A stretch of DNA of 64,000 nucleotides from a virus (Duplodnaviria; Caudoviricetes). Position 1 is the stretch's first letter; every line of letters begins with the position of its first letter. A program made the position numbers and the translations under genes. The DNA is taken from positions 1 through 64,000 of IMG/VR virus record IMGVR_UViG_2645728028_000002; one strand, given 5' to 3'. Shown here one piece after another: positions 58,463 through 64,000 of this stretch. The notes under the pieces are model-generated. The model was not told where the DNA came from, made no database searches, and saw nothing but the letters and a program-made list of their open reading frames with translations.

Positions 58463-58573
58463 ATGAGTTACTATAACGATATTCACTGTTCTGAATGTGG
58501 TCAACAAGTTTGCTATTCATGTGGATGCTGCTGTAATGAATCATGTGATAATAAAAGTTGTCCAGAATCCTAG
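58463..58573 (+). CDS. 36 aa Cys-rich peptide (not in ORF track)
   Basis: AAAGGAG RBS; MSYYNDIHCSECGQQVCYSCGCCCNESCDNKSCPES (9 Cys). Confidence 0.6.
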   Translation: MSYYNDIHCSECGQQVCYSCGCCCNESCDNKSCPES

Positions 58574-58603
58574 TATGTTTTACGAATAAAGGAGGCTATC
58601 CAA

Positions 58604-58741
58604 ATGATTAACCTTAAAACGCTTTACAACCAGTTAGAAGTAGCACAAACAACTTCAGAACGTTTTGATATCTGGAAACAAATTAAGCAATTAGAAAAGG
58701 AAATAGAAAACGCTATTGACCACGATACACCAGCATTTTAA
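58604..58741 (+). CDS. 45 aa helical peptide (not in ORF track)
   Basis: AAGGAGG RBS; MINLKTLYNQLEVAQTTSERFDIWKQIKQLEKEIENAIDHDTPAF. Confidence 0.6.
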   Translation: MINLKTLYNQLEVAQTTSERFDIWKQIKQLEKEIENAIDHDTPAF

Positions 58742-58830
58742 ACTAATTTAATAATAATTTTTTGATCAGCATTTTCGCTGGTCTTTTTCCCTTTTCTGCT
58801 CACTCACAAATTAAGGAGGAATATATTTAA

Positions 58831-59940
58831 ATGAATTTATCTAATATTGAAGTAGGAAACATATATAAAAATTATAAGGCTTTATGTGAAATACTAGAGG
58901 AAAAGAATAAGACAGGTAACGCAAAAAAGGCACAACTTAAAGAATGGGAAAGGTTTTTCAAATATGAAAAGGAAGGGAATAAATTTATAATTACTCATGT
59001 ATATGCTATTCCTTTACCCGAAAACAACAATAAGACTAAATACATACCAACAATTGAAAAATTAATACTTGATAAAGTTGTTCAATTCGGCAATAAAGGA
59101 AAGGTTTTTATTTCAAAAAGCCAGCTAATGCAAGAATTAAAAATGATCAATGAAAATTATACTTTTGCAAAATATAAGCAATTAAGATTAGCAAAGCATA
59201 TGAATATATCATTAGAAGAAGTTGAAGAATTTTATATGACTTCTGACGACTTACTGAAAAGAAATATAGAAGCAGCTTTAAACAGTTTGCGTAATCAATC
59301 ATTAATATTCTGGACTAATGCAATGACTTTATGCTTTATTGAAACCCATGCAGAGACAAATAATACAAACAATATTAAAGCAACTAAAGAGGAAAGAACA
59401 AACGAATACAACGAAAATACAGTATCATTTTCTGCAATTAAACCAGTAAGCTATCAAACATATAGGAAAGCCACAGAAGAGGAAATAGAGTATATTTTGC
59501 AAGTTGAAAAGGAAGTATTAAATAAATATAATTGTGATAAAATTAGTGAAACATTTAAAAAAGGACTAAATAATAAATTTTACAAAGAAGTAAAAGAAAT
59601 ACTTTTTGATACTGCGAATATTTATTATTATTTTAATTCCTATGAGATAATAGCAAATGAAAAATATATTTATTCTAAATGGGAAGAATTAGAGGAATTA
59701 CAGTTAGAACTTGATGAAAGAGAAACATATAAAAATACTTTAAATTATGATGTTATAGATAGAATTAATCATAATGCAGAAAGAAGGCATTTAAAAGCAA
59801 TTGAAACTCTAAATGATGATGCACCAGAAAGAATAAAAAACAGATCAAACGAAAACTATTTAAGCAATAGTTATAAATTAACTGATACACTTATTAATAA
59901 AAATGCATTATCTTTAAAAAGAGAATTCAATATAAAATAA
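58831..59940 (+). CDS. Hypothetical DNA-binding/Rep-like protein
   Basis: 369 aa; YKNYKALCEIL...GNAKKAQLKE N-terminus; followed by an inverted repeat with AT-rich spacer. Confidence 0.55.
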   Translation: MNLSNIEVGNIYKNYKALCEILEEKNKTGNAKKAQLKEWERFFKYEKEGNKFIITHVYAIPLPENNNKTKYIPTIEKLILDKVVQFGNKGKVFISKSQLMQELKMINENYTFAKYKQLRLAKHMNISLEEVEEFYMTSDDLLKRNIEAALNSLRNQSLIFWTNAMTLCFIETHAETNNTNNIKATKEERTNEYNENTVSFSAIKPVSYQTYRKATEEEIEYILQVEKEVLNKYNCDKISETFKKGLNNKFYKEVKEILFDTANIYYYFNSYEIIANEKYIYSKWEELEELQLELDERETYKNTLNYDVIDRINHNAERRHLKAIETLNDDAPERIKNRSNENYLSNSYKLTDTLINKNALSLKREFNIK

Positions 59941-59942
59941 TT

Positions 59943-60009
59943 AAAAGTTGTCCGTTTGTTCCTATATAATATATTAATACTTATATATGGGAAGATATGG
60001 ACAACTTTT
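59943..60009. repeat. Inverted repeat flanking an AT-rich spacer
   Basis: AAAAGTTGTCC ... GGACAACTTTT with inner TATATAA/TTATATA. Confidence 0.65.
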
Positions 60010-60144
60010 TAAATTTCATTTCAAAACGGTTTATCTTGAAATGAAGCCAAGGAACTTTTGCGTTCTTTGCAAAAGTGGGCTGGCAAGCCAAATCATTTAA
60101 TCTTTTGCTATTTTAAATAAAATTGTACATTTATTTAAACTTAT

Positions 60145-60175
60145 TATTGAATTATTTTGTATTAAATGTTATACT
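60145..60175 (+). promoter_or_regulatory. Early SigA promoter with operator
   Basis: TTGAAT-17bp-TATACT with TG extension; TATTGAATTATTTTGTA. Confidence 0.7.
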
Positions 60176-60221
60176 TTAGTTAATCAGTTAAATACATATT
60201 CACTTTAGGAGGAAAATAAAA

Positions 60222-60797
60222 ATGACTAACTTAATCGGCTTAAAATTAAAAGGTACTCAGGGATCAGAAATTGAAGTTGTTTCATTCTTTGAAAAGTTTA
60301 ATATGTACCAGTGTAAAGAAACTAAAAATAATATTATTACTTCTCCTTTGCTTTCAGAATCAGAAATAAATGAATTAATTAAAAGTCAATCTAAAATAAT
60401 CGAATCTGAAAAAGTTGTTTCTTCATTAAAGGAAAGTCAGGATCAGGAGCAAAAAGAAATTAAAGACGCTGAAAGCATTGGAGAATTTAAAAAGCATGAT
60501 CCAAAACAACATGCAAAAGCTAAAGCAGCATTAAATAAACAATTTAAATACAATGATAAATGGTACACTAGAAAAGAATATGTATTAGAAATTCTAAATA
60601 ATGAAGACATTCAGCCACTATTCCATAAAAAGAAATGGTACTTTGAAAACATCAAAAAGAGTACTGCAGTTCAGGCAACAAAAACAGAAATTGAATTTTA
60701 TATTTATCTTAAAGCTAATTATCATCATGATAATATTTTACCTGAAGCAACTAAACAACAATTAATTAAACAATATATTGAAGAGTTAGCAGCCTAA
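60222..60797 (+). CDS. Early hypothetical protein
   Basis: 191 aa; AGGAGG RBS; terminator AGCAGC...GCTGCTTTT. Confidence 0.7.
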   Translation: MTNLIGLKLKGTQGSEIEVVSFFEKFNMYQCKETKNNIITSPLLSESEINELIKSQSKIIESEKVVSSLKESQDQEQKEIKDAESIGEFKKHDPKQHAKAKAALNKQFKYNDKWYTRKEYVLEILNNEDIQPLFHKKKWYFENIKKSTAVQATKTEIEFYIYLKANYHHDNILPEATKQQLIKQYIEELAA

Positions 60798-61080
60798 TAA
60801 GCTGCTTTTCTTTTTGTTCTTGCATTTCCTTATACATTCCCTTTATATGCGTTTGTTCTTCCCTTCCTACCTTTACACCAGATAAGCAGCTAAAAGCCTT
60901 ATATAGCCATTCTGAACGGTTTAAACGATTGTTAATGTGATTGATCTAATACACGATAAAACTGGTATTTTAAGCTGATATACAGAGTGAAAATGTTTAA
61001 TAAATTATTGCCAAAATTAGTTGTAATATTAATTAATTTAATGTAGAATAAAGATAGTTAATAAATATTAATTAATTGGA

Positions 61081-61431
61081 GTGATTATTATGTCTAAGCG
61101 TTTATCATTCTCAACAATTGAAACTAAGTTTAAAGAACTAAACCCATTCGGGCAGATCACTAAACAATCAAATAATACTTATTGGATATATTTTGATGCT
61201 AGAGACAACAGGAGCGAAGCAGAAAAAGAGCTTGAAACATGGGGAACAAAAACAGACAAAAGGAAAATATACACTTATAAAGCAAGTAGTTTAATCCAGT
61301 TAGCGCATAAATTAAAACTAGATATATCAGAGTATGAAGAATATAAACTAAGCAAAGTGAATCAGGAATGGGAAGAAATGCTAAAAATTCCATATATAGA
61401 AAATGATGAAGATCCTTTATTCTTTGAATGA
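61081..61431 (+). CDS. Early hypothetical protein
   Basis: 116 aa; promoter TTGTAA-17-TAGAAT upstream; terminator at the 3' end. Confidence 0.65.
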   Translation: MIIMSKRLSFSTIETKFKELNPFGQITKQSNNTYWIYFDARDNRSEAEKELETWGTKTDKRKIYTYKASSLIQLAHKLKLDISEYEEYKLSKVNQEWEEMLKIPYIENDEDPLFFE

Positions 61432-61537
61432 GGGTTCTTTTTTTTTTTGCTTTTTACCGGACATATTAACATTTACTCATTGTATTATGAATTAATTTAT
61501 TATATAATTTAAGTACAATTAATTAGGAGTTGTTAAC

Positions 61538-61837
61538 ATGATAACTATTAATAAAGTCTTGTTACATGATAAGAAGCGTTTAAAACACTTTTCTCAAGTT
61601 CTTTTGTATTATAAGGATATACACTGCAATTCAATTGTAGAAACGAATTTAAAGACATTAGAAAGCAAAATCAATTATGTAATGGTACTTCATGGAGGAT
61701 CAGAAGAAGCAGACAAGGAAATAAGAGCAAAGGGATATAAACCAGATCAGAACATATTAGACGAATTGCAGCAGGAAGAAAAAGAAATGATTTTAGAAAC
61801 TATTAGACAATCAGAAATATTAAAGAAATACCTTTGA
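61538..61837 (+). CDS. Early hypothetical protein
   Basis: 99 aa; promoter TTGTAT-17-TATAAT; terminator GCAGC...GCTGTTTTT. Confidence 0.65.
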   Translation: MITINKVLLHDKKRLKHFSQVLLYYKDIHCNSIVETNLKTLESKINYVMVLHGGSEEADKEIRAKGYKPDQNILDELQQEEKEMILETIRQSEILKKYL

Positions 61838-61923
61838 GCAGCTTATAATAGGCTGTTTTTCTTTTCTCTGGGAGCTGCTCAGCAACGGTAAAAAAAAAAT
61901 TTAAAATAAATTAATTAAATGTA

Positions 61924-61952
61924 TTGCAATATTAAATAATTTAGCATATAAT
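61924..61952 (+). promoter_or_regulatory. Early SigA promoter with operator as spacer
   Basis: TTGCAA-TATTAAATAATTTAGCA-TATAAT. Confidence 0.75.
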
Positions 61953-62001
61953 AACATTAAGAGTTAAGCAATTACATAAAACCTTTAAGGAGTGTTTAAT
62001 T

Positions 62002-63885
62002 ATGACAGTAGCAATGAAACTTAATGAAGAACTAAACGGGATCGAATTATATTTTAACACTAAGCCTCAACAAACGGTATTAAGTGAATTAAAATCAAAT
62101 GGTTTCCGTTGGTCTAACTTTAAAAAATGCTGGTATACTAAACAATCTGAAAAAGCTTTTAAAGTTGCTAACAGTCTAACGAACGGGGAAGAATTAACCG
62201 TAGCACCTGAAGCGGCAACTAAAGTTAAAAAAGCAAGATCCGAAAAGAAAAAAGAATCTGCTTTGAGCCTTTGGGACGCTGCACAATGGGAAGGTTTAAC
62301 AGTAAATCAAAACACAAAAGATCAAGATTGCAAGGAAATTGCAAAGGAAATACGCTCACACATTAAGAAGCGTTTTCCACAATGTAAATTTTCCGTAAGA
62401 GTTCCTTACTATGGAAAAATCAACTTTGAAATAAAATCAAGTCCGTTTGAAAAAGGATCTTTATACTTAAATGCAATTAAAGGGTATTGCGAAAGCCTTC
62501 TAAACGCTTATAAGCATACTTATAGTGAAGCTGATCCATATACAGACTATGCAGGAGTTCATAATTTTTATGGTTATGTCGAGATTGATTGGGAATACAC
62601 ACAAACAGAATTAACAGAAGAAATGAAAAAAGACTTACTTATTTTTGATTCTAAATTCGCTGAAGCTGAAAAAGCAGAAGAAGAACGCAAAGAGAAAGAA
62701 TATCAGGAATATGTAAAGGAACAAGAGGCAAGAAATGCAGAATATAAAAAGCAGCAGGAAGAAGAAAAGAAACAAATTGAAAACATTTACAACAGTATTG
62801 AAGTTAAAGAGCTAGACGAAAATGGTCAATATTTTGTAACAGACGCAGAGTTTGCAGACTTAAACAAAAATAACACAATAGAGCAGTACATGGAAGAAGT
62901 AGAAAAAGGTAAATACTCTTTAGAAAATGTAAAAATCACTAAAGAGGTGCATTTCAGCAGTCTAGAGGCATTAACAAACTTTTCTAATATGCTGCTAAAT
63001 GACTTTGATTTTCTTACTAATACTGGCGGCAGCTTCACAGAAGACAATAGAATCAATTCAATGACTGACTTCTATAACATGGATGAAGATAAACAAACAG
63101 TACAATGGAATCGTTACGGGGTAGCAATATACTTTAATAACGAACTACAATTTGTTGCGGATGCTCAGGGATATTCTTATGCTCGCTATGTAGGCTTAAC
63201 AGATAATGCAAAGATTGAAAAGTCTATAACATTTGATCAAGTGATAAGCGAAGAGGAAATAAACGAATTAAAACATCAGGCAGACCGACTAGAGGATATT
63301 TCAACTAGTGTTATCAGTGAATTAGATATCTTTAGTACTTGGAGAAAAGAAAACTGGAAAGAGTATAAAACAGCTATTAAAGATAAATTAAGCAAATATA
63401 ACTATAAATTAACAAAAGAGATTATCCAGCAGCTAGACATTGAAGAACTAAAAGAATGTATGTATAAGATCTTACAGGAAGTTGACGGAATACAAGACCA
63501 GTTTACAAATGCGAATATACAACAAGGTGAAAAAGTTACACTGTTCTATATTTCTGATTGGGGATCAATCGTGACTAATCGCATTACTTTTGACAGTGTA
63601 ACTAATTCCAGTTATGCACAATATGACAATGCAGTTAAATTAACTTTTACACCAGAGAAGAAAAGGAAGCTGCATTATAAATATTTTTACTCAACAATGT
63701 TACTTTATAAAGGCTGGCACAGTCTACCGGAAACAGTTTTACACCATGTGGAAGAAAGAAACGGTATGAGAGTTACAAGAAGCAAATATCATTCATGCGA
63801 TAACAGACAATATGATGAGATTTTAAGCCATTTTGAGAAGCAGGACATAAAGCCTATTATCAATACCTATAAACCTAGATTTTAA
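62002..63885 (+). CDS. Large polyvalent-type early protein (LPD29-like domain)
   Basis: N-terminal NGIELYF..KP....LK.NGFRW...KCWY module; KEIAKEIRSHIKKRFPQCKFSVR. Confidence 0.6.
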   Translation: MTVAMKLNEELNGIELYFNTKPQQTVLSELKSNGFRWSNFKKCWYTKQSEKAFKVANSLTNGEELTVAPEAATKVKKARSEKKKESALSLWDAAQWEGLTVNQNTKDQDCKEIAKEIRSHIKKRFPQCKFSVRVPYYGKINFEIKSSPFEKGSLYLNAIKGYCESLLNAYKHTYSEADPYTDYAGVHNFYGYVEIDWEYTQTELTEEMKKDLLIFDSKFAEAEKAEEERKEKEYQEYVKEQEARNAEYKKQQEEEKKQIENIYNSIEVKELDENGQYFVTDAEFADLNKNNTIEQYMEEVEKGKYSLENVKITKEVHFSSLEALTNFSNMLLNDFDFLTNTGGSFTEDNRINSMTDFYNMDEDKQTVQWNRYGVAIYFNNELQFVADAQGYSYARYVGLTDNAKIEKSITFDQVISEEEINELKHQADRLEDISTSVISELDIFSTWRKENWKEYKTAIKDKLSKYNYKLTKEIIQQLDIEELKECMYKILQEVDGIQDQFTNANIQQGEKVTLFYISDWGSIVTNRITFDSVTNSSYAQYDNAVKLTFTPEKKRKLHYKYFYSTMLLYKGWHSLPETVLHHVEERNGMRVTRSKYHSCDNRQYDEILSHFEKQDIKPIINTYKPRF

Positions 63886-64000
63886 TTGTAAATAAATTAA
63901 CAGGTAAAGAGTGTATGAATAGACTCTATACTCTTTACCTTTCTAAAAAATCCCTATAACAAAAATTCTAAAATATCACTGGAGGTTTTACACTTGTTTA

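Larger units (their letters stand above)
1..64000. mobile_element. SPbeta-like temperate phage/prophage (partial)
   Basis: Gene order yonO-yonK/J-terminase-portal-capsid-tail-recombinase-TMP-Dit-Tal-lysis matches the SPbeta late region. Confidence 0.92.

Noticed and set aside
1-64000. tRNA, rRNA, reverse transcriptase/DGR, inteins, arbitrium genes
   Set aside because: No recognisable motifs seen by eye; terminase and RecD2 have normal lengths.

Overview
The window is a ~64 kb AT-rich segment of an SPbeta-like temperate phage or prophage of a Bacillaceae host. No host genes or att site are visible. Positions 1-43650 (minus strand) hold the late region: lysis, tail, head and packaging genes, a metallophosphoesterase, PIN-PhoH and the YonO-type single-subunit RNA polymerase. 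Two virion structural genes are split by group I introns that can be delimited at base resolution. The tape measure gene has intron 16951-18091 carrying an EDxHD/Vsr-like homing endonuclease, and the major tail gene has ORF-less intron 24517-24792. Three more free-standing homing-endonuclease-like genes are present. Positions 43800-50520 (plus strand) carry the most unusual module: ParM-like actin, small adaptor, two different short-repeat arrays, M23 peptidase, XRE regulator, pilin-like and VirB6-like membrane proteins, and an FtsK/SpoIIIE ATPase with a C-terminal winged helix. It has no relaxase or VirB4 and is a candidate phage-encoded dsDNA positioning/translocation system. It is followed by Cro-like HTH, RecD2, HNH-AP2 and Rep-like genes, a 1.3 kb non-coding region with an abrupt G/C strand-skew switch, and an array of early-gene cassettes sharing promoter, leader and a 17-bp operator motif. 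All protein family calls come from motifs and synteny recognised by eye, not from database searches.
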